Source of the DNA: an uncultured Candidatus Poseidoniales archaeon
GTDB lineage: Archaea; Thermoplasmatota; Poseidoniia; Poseidoniales; Thalassarchaeaceae
Assembly (NCBI GenBank): GCA_964618995.1
Contig: CAZUBQ010000004.1
Coordinates: 14,601 to 78,600, forward strand
DNA length: 64,000 nucleotides
Direction: 5' to 3'
Each line of letters opens with the position of its first letter. Within the stretch, counting starts at the first letter, position 1. The notes beneath the pieces are model-generated. The model was given only the letters and a program-made list of their open reading frames with translations, was not told the origin of the DNA and made no database searches. Position numbers and translations under genes: made by a program. This document shows, one piece after another, positions 19,071 through 27,084 of this stretch.

Positions 19071-21755
19071 TCACAAGCGGCTCTGTCGACCTCGTAGCAA
19101 TCCTGTGTGATGACCTGAAAGACGGCGGGCCAGCCTGTCGGCGATGTGCGCCTCGCCAGCAGCGACCTCGGCCGCCGAAAAATCAGGCCAAGTCCCCTGT
19201 ACACGAGCGAGCCAGCCCACGTGCTGATGGGTGCGGCCGCTGGAAGGAGCGGTCTTGGAGTTCGCATCGGTGAGGGCATTCGCCAGATCGAGCAGGGCGG
19301 CGGCGCCCGGCATATCCGCTAACTCGTCCTCGCCGGGCCATCCTGGTTGCACGTGCAGTCTGTTCAGACGATCGCGCAGCACGGCGCTGCATCCGGGGTG
19401 CTCCTGGAATCCGGCTCCGGGGACCCTGCACAACTCCCCAGGTGAGCGTAGAATCGCCGCTGGCCAACTGACATCGGCTGAGGCGAGCAGTTCCCGCCCA
19501 TCCGGCTCGTCAAGAAGCTGCATCAACTGCTGTTCGGCTCGAGATGCCCACCAGTCGAGTGGAAGTTCCAGTAATACGGGAAGCACAGTGCGAGGGGGCG
19601 GTTCATCCTGCTCATAGCAAGTCAGCAACGCCTCCCATGCTGCAAGATGCGAATCAGGTTCACCCGCAGTCGCTGCCTCACGCAACGGCGTCGCCCACCC
19701 CTGTTCCAATCGGCCTTGCTGCTCAAGCCAATCGAGCGCCGAGAGTGCTTCGATGACGTTAGCGGGCGGAGATTTCGCCAACCTCTGTACGACCCATGTC
19801 GGCAGGTCGCGCATCAGCGCTGAGCCGAGCCATGCGACCTGTGAGGTGAGCGCCGCCGCCAGCCAGCATGAGGCGGCTTCGTCGAGGCTGCCATCATCGA
19901 CGAGCGGGCGCAGCCTGAGTCCTAAGTCCGCCTCACGGCGCAGGTTGTCGGTCAGATACTGATGGGCTGCTCGCTCCCATTCCCGCGGTGCGCTGGCAGC
20001 GACCGAGGCTAGACTCGCCAACGGTACCATCTCAACTGAAAGCAGACCGATCCACTGCTCGCCCAGTTGTTCACCGCAGCGCAGCCATCGGGACCAACGC
20101 CGTTCGGCCGGGCTAGCCACCCAAGATGCATGGGAATCGACATTCTCCATGCGGTCGGCCCATTCGACATCTCCGTCGGGATATCTCAACAGAGCAGAGA
20201 GCATACGCAAACCCGGATCGTCATCGGCCCCAACCTCCGGAGCTACCGCCCCGGCAGCCCATGCAGCAGCCGACTCCGCGGCTGCCTCTACCTCGTACGC
20301 GCCCGCGGGCGCTGACCAGTCACCGGGAAGGGTGGCGGGCGCTGTGGGTGGCCTCTGGGTGAGCCGGACTGGCAGAGAGACATCGGTCGCGAGTTGCAGC
20401 CTCACGAACGGCAGCGGGTGTACCGGGTCTGGCCTGAGAGTAGGATGACCCGTGGGGGGCCTCCCTTCCTCGGGGAGCAGGAGCATGCGCAGACGGGCCG
20501 ATGCGAGCAGGGTCTGCAGTAATTGATCATCCACTTTGCCTGGAGGGTGTTGAAGAACCACTTGCGGTCCTTCGGAATCACGCATTGACCATTCAAGCAG
20601 CGATAGCCAGGCGGTTTCACTCAACCCACGCACATCGAGCAGCCGGGGTGGTGAAGTCCCGCTCTCCGACCAGCTACGCTCACCCCAGTCGTGCAGCAAC
20701 CTGCGCCAGGTCGACTCATCGCAGCGATGAGAGGCGCCGCGCCGGGATTCGCCAGCGCGTGAGAGATGGCGCTGCAGGCTCTCCAGCCGACGGTTGCGCT
20801 CAGCGGTGGTCAGACGAGGGTGAGCGCGCTCGACCCAGGTCTCCAAGGCAGCGAGCGGCAATGGCCCGGATGGCCTGCCCAAGAGACTCGACTCAGCGAT
20901 GATGAGGGCGTCGTGCGCCGCTGCGGTGAGTACCATCGAGGAAGCAAGCCTGTCATCGAGGCTGGCGACAACCGGACCTGCAGGTCGCACAGAAGGCGTC
21001 GCAGGATGCGCCTCACCCAGACTCCACTCCGGTTCGGCGCCCGGTGGCGGACTCGGGACAGGAGGCCACTCATCCTCATCCGGTTCTCCGAACCATTCTC
21101 CCACCGCAAGGCGCAACTCACGGCGCGGGTCGAGCAGACGGGCGCGCAGCAGGCCAATCACATCAGCAGTGTCAGTCCACGCCTCGAGGCTCTCAGGAGA
21201 TTTCGCTCGCGGGGGACTCGAACGGAGTTCGAACGTGTTCAGGTCGAACCATCGAGGTTCCCGTTCGCGCGCCACCGCCCAGACCCATTCCAGCATGACC
21301 CCCGCGGTTCCAGTGGAGGGGGCTTGAGGGTCGGCAAGGGATATTTCGGGCGTGCGCGGCAGTGGAATCAGAGGGGAAGCAGGCTCCTTCGCGTAAGCAA
21401 GCAGCAGTTGCGGGCCATCCCTCGCCAGCAGACAACCCACCTTGTTCGGCGGTCTTCCACCCTCAAGGAATCCATGCATACGTGCCAGTTCGTCCTCTCC
21501 CAGACAGTTCCACCCGGCCGCTGTCAAATGCAGGCGACCCCCACGACTCCCCTCCTCCGCATCGCTGGCAACCAAACCGTCCTGACGCATCCGCTTCAAC
21601 TCCGCCGAAGCGTGAGGAAGGCGCAGTCCCACAGCCAAGGCGATTCCACTGACCGTGTCCCCACCATCAGCGAGGTGATCGAGCATGCGACGTCGGTAGC
21701 CGCTGCGGATCCTGCGCGGCGGCCTCGCCGGCGGCCTCGCATCCTCTTCCACCAT
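19071..21755 (-). CDS. Large (894 aa) hypothetical protein with an N-terminal winged-helix DNA-binding domain. Very GC-rich and Ala/Arg/Leu/Pro-rich.
   Basis: N-terminal MLDHLADGGDTVSGIALAVGLRLPHASAELKRMRQDGLV has an ArsR/TrmB-like wHTH shape. The rest matches no family I recognise. Uninterrupted 2.7 kb ORF. Confidence 0.5.
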   Translation of the reverse strand: MVEEDARPPARPPRRIRSGYRRRMLDHLADGGDTVSGIALAVGLRLPHASAELKRMRQDGLVASDAEEGSRGGRLHLTAAGWNCLGEDELARMHGFLEGGRPPNKVGCLLARDGPQLLLAYAKEPASPLIPLPRTPEISLADPQAPSTGTAGVMLEWVWAVAREREPRWFDLNTFELRSSPPRAKSPESLEAWTDTADVIGLLRARLLDPRRELRLAVGEWFGEPDEDEWPPVPSPPPGAEPEWSLGEAHPATPSVRPAGPVVASLDDRLASSMVLTAAAHDALIIAESSLLGRPSGPLPLAALETWVERAHPRLTTAERNRRLESLQRHLSRAGESRRGASHRCDESTWRRLLHDWGERSWSESGTSPPRLLDVRGLSETAWLSLLEWSMRDSEGPQVVLQHPPGKVDDQLLQTLLASARLRMLLLPEEGRPPTGHPTLRPDPVHPLPFVRLQLATDVSLPVRLTQRPPTAPATLPGDWSAPAGAYEVEAAAESAAAWAAGAVAPEVGADDDPGLRMLSALLRYPDGDVEWADRMENVDSHASWVASPAERRWSRWLRCGEQLGEQWIGLLSVEMVPLASLASVAASAPREWERAAHQYLTDNLRREADLGLRLRPLVDDGSLDEAASCWLAAALTSQVAWLGSALMRDLPTWVVQRLAKSPPANVIEALSALDWLEQQGRLEQGWATPLREAATAGEPDSHLAAWEALLTCYEQDEPPPRTVLPVLLELPLDWWASRAEQQLMQLLDEPDGRELLASADVSWPAAILRSPGELCRVPGAGFQEHPGCSAVLRDRLNRLHVQPGWPGEDELADMPGAAALLDLANALTDANSKTAPSSGRTHQHVGWLARVQGTWPDFSAAEVAAGEAHIADRLARRLSGHHTGLLRGRQSRL

Positions 21756-22054
21756 GCACTCCGCTCCACTTCAGGCACCTAACGGCAGGTGCTCAGCCCG
21801 TTCTGTCTGCATACATGACTTCAAACCTTTGGTTTATTACAATTTATTACCGATTTCCAGTGGAGAAAGTTTCAATTTGATACTCACAGTAGGAATCAAA
21901 CCCTGATGAGTAGTGAGAAAGTAGTCACATTCCGTAACTAACGTGGCTCATCTGTGGCAACGGTTATATCACCGACATAGGTGCACTGGAATAGCCGGCG
22001 TTGACTACTGGACGCGCCGCATATTGAGAGCCAATTGAAGGGGGAAGAAGAAGC

Positions 22055-22582
22055 ATGAAGACAGTACGAATCCGAGAGAAGATCAAGTTGTTCCTATCAG
22101 AACGCCCGCGCAACACCGCGGAGATTCTGGAGCACATCAACACGACCATGCGCCACGGCACCACCAGCCAGCAGTTGGGCAATGTGCTGTCAAAGGACAA
22201 GGACATCGTGAAGGTAGGATACATCAAGCGCAGCGGCATTCTTTCTGGGGGCTACGACATTTGTGAATGGGCGACGGTGATATGGGTTCAGGAACACGTG
22301 AACGACTGGGCACCTGGTGACCCGATCCTACTGGACAAGAAGACGGGAAACAACCTCCTGCTCAGTAGTCCGGATGCAAACAAAACCCCCAAGCTTGACG
22401 CCGCCTCAGTGACTCAACCCGCGCGCCAGCAGCCAGCCAAGAACCTGAACAACCTGGTTGTCAAGGAACTGAAGGATTTGCTGCGCCAAGCCGGTCTCAA
22501 AGTCGGCGGTACGAAGCAGGAACTAATCGACAGGCTCGAGAAGCACAGTCTGCGAGTCGATTTCGACCCAATGCACGCCTGA
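22055..22582 (+). CDS. DNA-binding protein with an N-terminal wHTH-like region and a C-terminal SAP domain.
   Basis: C-terminal LVVKELKDLLRQAGLKVGGTKQELIDRLEKH is a SAP (SAF-A/B, Acinus, PIAS) helix-extended-helix motif. The gene has lower GC than its neighbours. Confidence 0.6.
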   Translation: MKTVRIREKIKLFLSERPRNTAEILEHINTTMRHGTTSQQLGNVLSKDKDIVKVGYIKRSGILSGGYDICEWATVIWVQEHVNDWAPGDPILLDKKTGNNLLLSSPDANKTPKLDAASVTQPARQQPAKNLNNLVVKELKDLLRQAGLKVGGTKQELIDRLEKHSLRVDFDPMHA

Positions 22583-22617
22583 GCATGTGGTGTTTGCTGC
22601 CATTGATTGATGGGCGC

Positions 22618-23094
22618 CTAGGATTGTTCCTTGAGCGGAAGTTCGAGCAAGCGGGGGCCCTGCGCCATCCACTCCATTCCATCTCGTACCCATTCCCACA
22701 TCTCGTGTAGACGGTCGGCGTCGACTCCTGCATAATCAGCAATCGTTCTGATGGCGTCCACCTCGGACGGATGGATCTCGCCATCGGCGGCGGCTAGGAA
22801 GATGCCATCTCTGAGGGCGAGCCTGAGAGTACGGACGTCCATTCCAGCAATCGTCTCCTCAATGTCGTCGAACTGCTGACGCAGCAGTGCGCGGAATTGC
22901 ACTCGTAATTTCGGATTGATGAGCATGCGCCCCATGCGCCACTCAAAGAAGGACATTTCCTCCGGTTTGAGTACGGCGTCGGCGTTGGCTATGATTGAAA
23001 GCACCGTCATGTACTCATCCATGTCGATGGCGTCGAACGCGTCGGGTGCTGAGGGCTTCATCATTGACCGGCCGGCCATGAGGCTACGTATCAA
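22618..23094 (-). CDS. TerB-like (tellurite-resistance TerB / DjlA N-terminal domain family) protein.
   Basis: AADGEIHPSEVDAIRTIADYAGVD is an ADGxxxxxE TerB-type motif on an all-helical ~150-aa protein. Confidence 0.5.
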   Translation of the reverse strand: MIRSLMAGRSMMKPSAPDAFDAIDMDEYMTVLSIIANADAVLKPEEMSFFEWRMGRMLINPKLRVQFRALLRQQFDDIEETIAGMDVRTLRLALRDGIFLAAADGEIHPSEVDAIRTIADYAGVDADRLHEMWEWVRDGMEWMAQGPRLLELPLKEQS

Positions 23095-23154
23095 TAACCT
23101 TCGGGAGACCGAGCAGGTCCTGATTCGACGAAGAAAGGAATTCTAAATCGGCCT

Positions 23155-24171
23155 TCAATGTTCGAGTTCAGGCGACCAGTCTCCCGAACGAGCGAGACTG
23201 TTCATCTGTGCGCGGTGCGCCAGAGCCGCCTGCGCTGCGGCCGCGTTCTCATTCTTGCCAGCCCATGCCTTCAGTGCCGGCGCCTGCAGGGCGCGGCCGT
23301 ACGAATAGGAGAGCTCCCATGGGTGCTCTTCGTCGAGCGCGTTCATCGCGTTCAAGTGGGCGGTGGCCAGTTCATCTGACTGTCCACCCGAGAGGAATAC
23401 GATTCCCGGAACATCGTCGGGAACGTGAGCCATCAGGCAGTCGACGGTACGGCGAGCGACCTCGTCAACACCGGCTTGAGTCGAGCACTGCAACCCCGAG
23501 AGCACCATGTTCGGCTTGAGCAGCGTGCCAGGCAAGTGAACCCCTTGTGAATGGCATTCAGCGTAGGTCGCATCGAGTGTCCGCGCAGTCACGGCGGCAC
23601 AGGCTTCTATGTCGTGATCACCATTCATCAGCACCTCTGGTTCGATGACCGGCACTAGCCCCTGCTCCTGACAGATGGCGGCATAACGGGCCAGTGCGTG
23701 GGCGTTCGCTGAGATGCATGCGTCTGTCGGGATGCCGTCGCCGATGGTAATCACCGCCCTCCACTTGGCGAACCTCGCTCCCAATTGGTAATATTCGGCG
23801 CAGCGGTCCCTGAGACCGTCAAGCCCCTCGGTCACCTTCTCACCTGGGTGGCCAGCGAGTTCCTTGGCACCGGTGTCCACTTTGATACCCGGAAAAATTC
23901 CACGGCTATGCATAATCTCCGGAAATGGCCGGCCATCGTCTCCGCACTGACGGATTGTCTCGTCGTAGAGAATGACTCCAGAAATCGCTGATTCTGACCC
24001 ATCAGTGGTGAATAAAAGTCCGCGATAGAAACGACGACTCTCTGCAGTAGATTCGGCGCCGATTGTCTGCAATCGACTGCCCATCGTAGGTGTGCTCTCG
24101 TCCGCTGCCAGAATCCCCTTGCCGGGAGCGACAATCATTCTGGCTGTTCGCTCCAACGCCTCAGTGTCCAT
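23155..24171 (-). CDS. fba: Fructose-bisphosphate aldolase, class I, eukaryotic/glycolytic type (Pfam Glycolytic family).
   Basis: IVAPGKGILAADESTPTMGSRLQTIG...IEPEVLMNGDHD...GTLLKPNMV...FLSGGQSDE...SYSYGRALQAPALKAW is near-identical in motif order to animal/plant ALDOA-type enzymes. Confidence 0.9.
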   Translation of the reverse strand: MDTEALERTARMIVAPGKGILAADESTPTMGSRLQTIGAESTAESRRFYRGLLFTTDGSESAISGVILYDETIRQCGDDGRPFPEIMHSRGIFPGIKVDTGAKELAGHPGEKVTEGLDGLRDRCAEYYQLGARFAKWRAVITIGDGIPTDACISANAHALARYAAICQEQGLVPVIEPEVLMNGDHDIEACAAVTARTLDATYAECHSQGVHLPGTLLKPNMVLSGLQCSTQAGVDEVARRTVDCLMAHVPDDVPGIVFLSGGQSDELATAHLNAMNALDEEHPWELSYSYGRALQAPALKAWAGKNENAAAAQAALAHRAQMNSLARSGDWSPELEH

Positions 24172-24340
24172 GCTGGTTCCTCCCCCCTCGCGAGCGGGCT
24201 GCGTGACTTCAATTAATCGACCCCTACGATTAGCGCTTGAATAAATTACTAATTTGTAACCTGCTGCAATAAATAATATCTCATTAATTACGAAACATTA
24301 TACATAACGCTCTATACATCGTGAGAGCCCGAGAGGTATC

Positions 24341-24940
24341 ATGATGGCTCCGAGAATCTGTGGTGAATGCAACAAACCGGGTCATAATAGACGGACCTGC
24401 CCTCTACTGAATCCTAAAGCGGCCGCACATCGCATATCAATCGCCAAACGTAGGCGTGGAATGAGGATCTGTGGTCATTGCGAAGATGTAGGGCACAACG
24501 TGCGCACTTGTCCGGACCTGCATCCTGAGAAAGCGGCCAAGAGGCGATCACGCGGAGGAAGGTCGAAACGCAGAACATGCAGGGAGTGTGGAAAAACTGG
24601 GCACAACAAGCGCACCTGTCCGAAACTCTACCCAGACAAGGCGGCGAAGCGCAAGTCGAGTCGTCGTAGGCGACGCATCTGTAGTGGATGCGGTAAGATC
24701 GGACACAATTCCCGCACATGTCCAATACTCAATCCTGACCGAGTTCAGCCTCGGCGCGGCAGGCGCGGCAAGCGAGTCTGTGGTCACTGCGACCAATCAG
24801 GACACAACCGCCGCACCTGTCCTGAATTGCACCCTGACAGGGCAGTCATTCGCATGGCACGCAACCGCAAGGGAAAGCGCAAGTGTGGCGTATGCGGGAA
24901 GCGCGGGCACAACAAACGCACCTGTCCCAAGGCGATGTGA
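24341..24940 (+). CDS. Protein composed of six tandem retroviral-type CCHC zinc knuckles (CX2CX4HX4C) separated by Arg/Lys-rich linkers. Predicted RNA/ssDNA-binding protein, CNBP/nucleocapsid-like.
   Basis: Six repeats: CGECNKPGHNRRTC, CGHCEDVGHNVRTC, CRECGKTGHNKRTC, CSGCGKIGHNSRTC, CGHCDQSGHNRRTC, CGVCGKRGHNKRTC, each followed by P.L.P and a basic linker. An AT-rich promoter-like region lies upstream (24172-24340). Confidence 0.8.
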   Translation: MMAPRICGECNKPGHNRRTCPLLNPKAAAHRISIAKRRRGMRICGHCEDVGHNVRTCPDLHPEKAAKRRSRGGRSKRRTCRECGKTGHNKRTCPKLYPDKAAKRKSSRRRRRICSGCGKIGHNSRTCPILNPDRVQPRRGRRGKRVCGHCDQSGHNRRTCPELHPDRAVIRMARNRKGKRKCGVCGKRGHNKRTCPKAM

Positions 24941-24944
24941 TTCG

Positions 24945-25139
24945 ATGGCAACCGTCACCTGCCCCAAGTGCGGGCAGGCAGACGAGGTCGAGGCTGCTAC
25001 GGAATCCTGCCTGTTCTTCCACGAGTGCTCAGGTTGCCAGGTCCTGCTGAAGCCGCTCACCGGTGATTGCTGTGTCATCTGTTCCTTTGGCGATGAAAAA
25101 TGCCCACCTAAACTCGACGAAGAATCCTGTTGTGATTGA
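24945..25139 (+). CDS. Small (64 aa) cysteine-rich zinc-ribbon-like protein.
   Basis: MATVTCPKCGQ...HECSGCQVLLKPLTGDCCVICSFGDEKCPP...ESCCD has 12 Cys in 64 aa. It starts 4 nt after the zinc-knuckle gene stop. The longer ORF 24588..25139 is rejected because it overlaps the upstream gene. Confidence 0.5.
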   Translation: MATVTCPKCGQADEVEAATESCLFFHECSGCQVLLKPLTGDCCVICSFGDEKCPPKLDEESCCD

Positions 25140-25158
25140 CGTTTTCCAATTGGAAAAT

Positions 25159-26106
25159 TCAGTAATGTGAGGACACGTGCTGGCGGCTGCGAGCAGCTAC
25201 ATCGATAATCTCCGAATGCACAGCCACCTGATCACCCACCTTCTCAACTCCGGGGAGGTATCCGCTGCACACCCCACTGGCAACGAACAGGGCGTCCTCA
25301 CTGGAGCAAAGGTCATCTCGGCCCCAGATGCGGTCGACATCATCGCCGAGCATCTCTCTGGCTCGCCGCTCATGGTCCTCGTTGGTGGTCACCAGCCGAC
25401 CCTCAAAGTGAGCATCGAGGCCGCGCAGGGCTGTGGCGGTGATGACACCTTCAGGTGCTGCACCGATTCCCATCAGCATGTCGATCTCACAGGAGGGGTT
25501 GGCGGCATCGAGTGCGGCTGAGACATCTCCGTCACCGATGAGTGGAACCGACACGTCGAGACCACGAAGAGTCTTGATCAACTCCTCATGACGCGGTCTG
25601 TCCATCACCACGATGTGCAGGTCGCGAACCTGTTTGTCGAGGGCTGCGGCGGCAGCTTCTACGTTGTAGGTGACATCAGCCTCGAGAGATACCTCGCCAA
25701 CAACCTCCACCGGTCCAGCGAGCTTGTCCATGTAGCAGTCAGGCGCATGCAGCAGGTCGCCGCGAGGAGCGGCGGCGAGCACGGCGATGGCGTTGGGGAG
25801 ATCGAGAGCGACGTGATTGGTGCATTCCAGCGGGTCGACGGCGATGTCCACCTGCAGTGCTCCCTCGACTCCTTGCTGGTTGCCCAGAGGTTCGCCAATC
25901 CAGAGCATCGGTGCATCGTCACGCTCACCCTCTCCGATGGCCACCCTGCCGTCGAATGGAACAGAATCAAACACCCCTCGCATCGCTTCTACGGCCGCTC
26001 CGTCAGCGAGTTTGCGCTCTCCATGACCTCGCCATTCAGCGGCGGCGATGGCGGCCGCCTCGCAGGCGCGCAGGAAGTGCGGGGCGAGGTCAGCCACTCC
26101 AGCCAT
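25159..26106 (-). CDS. glpX: Fructose-1,6-bisphosphatase class II (GlpX).
   Basis: FLRACEAAAIAAAEWRGHGERKLADGAAVEAMR...VAIGEGERDDAPML...IVVMDRPRHEELI...IGDGDVSAAL follows the GlpX motif order. Start set at MAGVADL. Confidence 0.85.
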   Translation of the reverse strand: MAGVADLAPHFLRACEAAAIAAAEWRGHGERKLADGAAVEAMRGVFDSVPFDGRVAIGEGERDDAPMLWIGEPLGNQQGVEGALQVDIAVDPLECTNHVALDLPNAIAVLAAAPRGDLLHAPDCYMDKLAGPVEVVGEVSLEADVTYNVEAAAAALDKQVRDLHIVVMDRPRHEELIKTLRGLDVSVPLIGDGDVSAALDAANPSCEIDMLMGIGAAPEGVITATALRGLDAHFEGRLVTTNEDHERRAREMLGDDVDRIWGRDDLCSSEDALFVASGVCSGYLPGVEKVGDQVAVHSEIIDVAARSRQHVSSHY

Positions 26107-26131
26107 GCATCCGGTGAGGGCGCACAGGTTC

Positions 26132-26590
26132 TCAATCCTGCGGCTCGCCTTTCCGCTTCTCGAGCACGCGGACCTGCTCGATGACAGCATTCGGATACTG
26201 GCCTAAATCATCCTTCTCGAGCGACTTGACCATGTCCCAAGCGCACAGAAGTCCGGCACTCACTCCCGTCAGTGCCTCCATCTCGACTCCAGTTCTCCAC
26301 TCAGCGCGCACGCGCACGAGGCAGCGTAGGCCATCATCCTCGATATTCCAGTCAACGTCGCAGCCGGTGAGCGGAATCGGATGGCAGTGGGGCACTATTC
26401 GCGGGGTATCCTTGACCGCTTGGATAGCAGCCACGGTCGAAGCTTGGATCACATCACCCTTGGTGACCAGTCCTTCGCGGATGGCGTCAAGGGTCGCGGG
26501 TTGCAACCTGACAAATCCCTCAGCGGTCGCCTCGCGCGCAACAACCGGTTTACCACCAATGTTCACGATTGCCTCAAACTCCTCATCCAT
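26132..26590 (-). CDS. moaC: Cyclic pyranopterin monophosphate synthase MoaC.
   Basis: IVPHCHPIPLTG...RTGVEMEALTGVSAGLLCAWDMVKSLEKD are MoaC signature blocks. Start at MDEEFE. Confidence 0.85.
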   Translation of the reverse strand: MDEEFEAIVNIGGKPVVAREATAEGFVRLQPATLDAIREGLVTKGDVIQASTVAAIQAVKDTPRIVPHCHPIPLTGCDVDWNIEDDGLRCLVRVRAEWRTGVEMEALTGVSAGLLCAWDMVKSLEKDDLGQYPNAVIEQVRVLEKRKGEPQD

Positions 26591-26594
26591 GCGC

Positions 26595-27035
26595 TCACCC
26601 CAGTCCAGCCTTCCACACAGCTCCGTCAACCCTGACCTCACGCTTCCACAGTGGAGCCTGCGCCTTCAGTTCGTCGATGAGCCACTCACAGGCGGCGAAA
26701 CCTTCGGCGCGATGCGGACTTGCCACGTAGATTGCAACGATTGGCTCGCCCACGAGAACAACTCCTGTCCGATGAGCCAGTGCCACCGAATGAACTCCGA
26801 ACTGCACACACGCCTGCTCACCTAACTGGTGCAACACTGCGGGCAACTGCTCTTCCCAGGCATCGAACTCGAGCCGTTCCACCTCGATGCCATCGTCCAT
26901 ATCGCGAGTCACTCCGACGAACGAGACCACGCTGCCGCACCCAGAGAGATCCAGCGCGTCGCGGAGCGCTTCGACATCGAGCGAATCAACGGCAATCTCG
27001 ACATGGACACTCCCGCTGCCGGACATGCTGCTCAA
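26595..27035 (-). CDS. moaE: Molybdopterin synthase catalytic subunit MoaE.
   Basis: SVVSFVGVTRD...VALAHRTGVVLVGEPIVAIYVASPHRAEGFAACEWLIDELKAQAPLWKRE has the MoaE fold and motifs. Confidence 0.8.
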   Translation of the reverse strand: MSSMSGSGSVHVEIAVDSLDVEALRDALDLSGCGSVVSFVGVTRDMDDGIEVERLEFDAWEEQLPAVLHQLGEQACVQFGVHSVALAHRTGVVLVGEPIVAIYVASPHRAEGFAACEWLIDELKAQAPLWKREVRVDGAVWKAGLG

Positions 27036-27084
27036 ACCATGAGCGCTGGCATTCCCGCTTCAATCCGCCGCTAGCGAACCATTC

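Noticed and set aside
18737-19273. 178-aa ORF (+) in the GC-rich spacer upstream of the PPAT-DPCK gene.
   Set aside because: Its translation is Arg/Pro/Gly-rich without motifs, it overlaps the 3' end of the 894-aa gene on the other strand, and it has no RBS-like sequence. Treated as non-coding, with possible ncRNA or regulatory content flagged instead.
24341-24940. Possible CRISPR or other DNA repeat array, suggested by ~100-nt periodicity.
   Set aside because: The periodicity is protein-coding (six zinc knuckles in one frame). The copies are diverged at the DNA level, with no identical direct repeats or unique spacers, so it is not a CRISPR array.
24588-24944. N-terminal 119 aa of ORF 24588..25139(+).
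   Set aside because: It overlaps the CCHC zinc-knuckle gene in another frame and translates as low-complexity sequence. The real product is most likely the 64-aa Cys-rich protein starting at the ATG at 24945.
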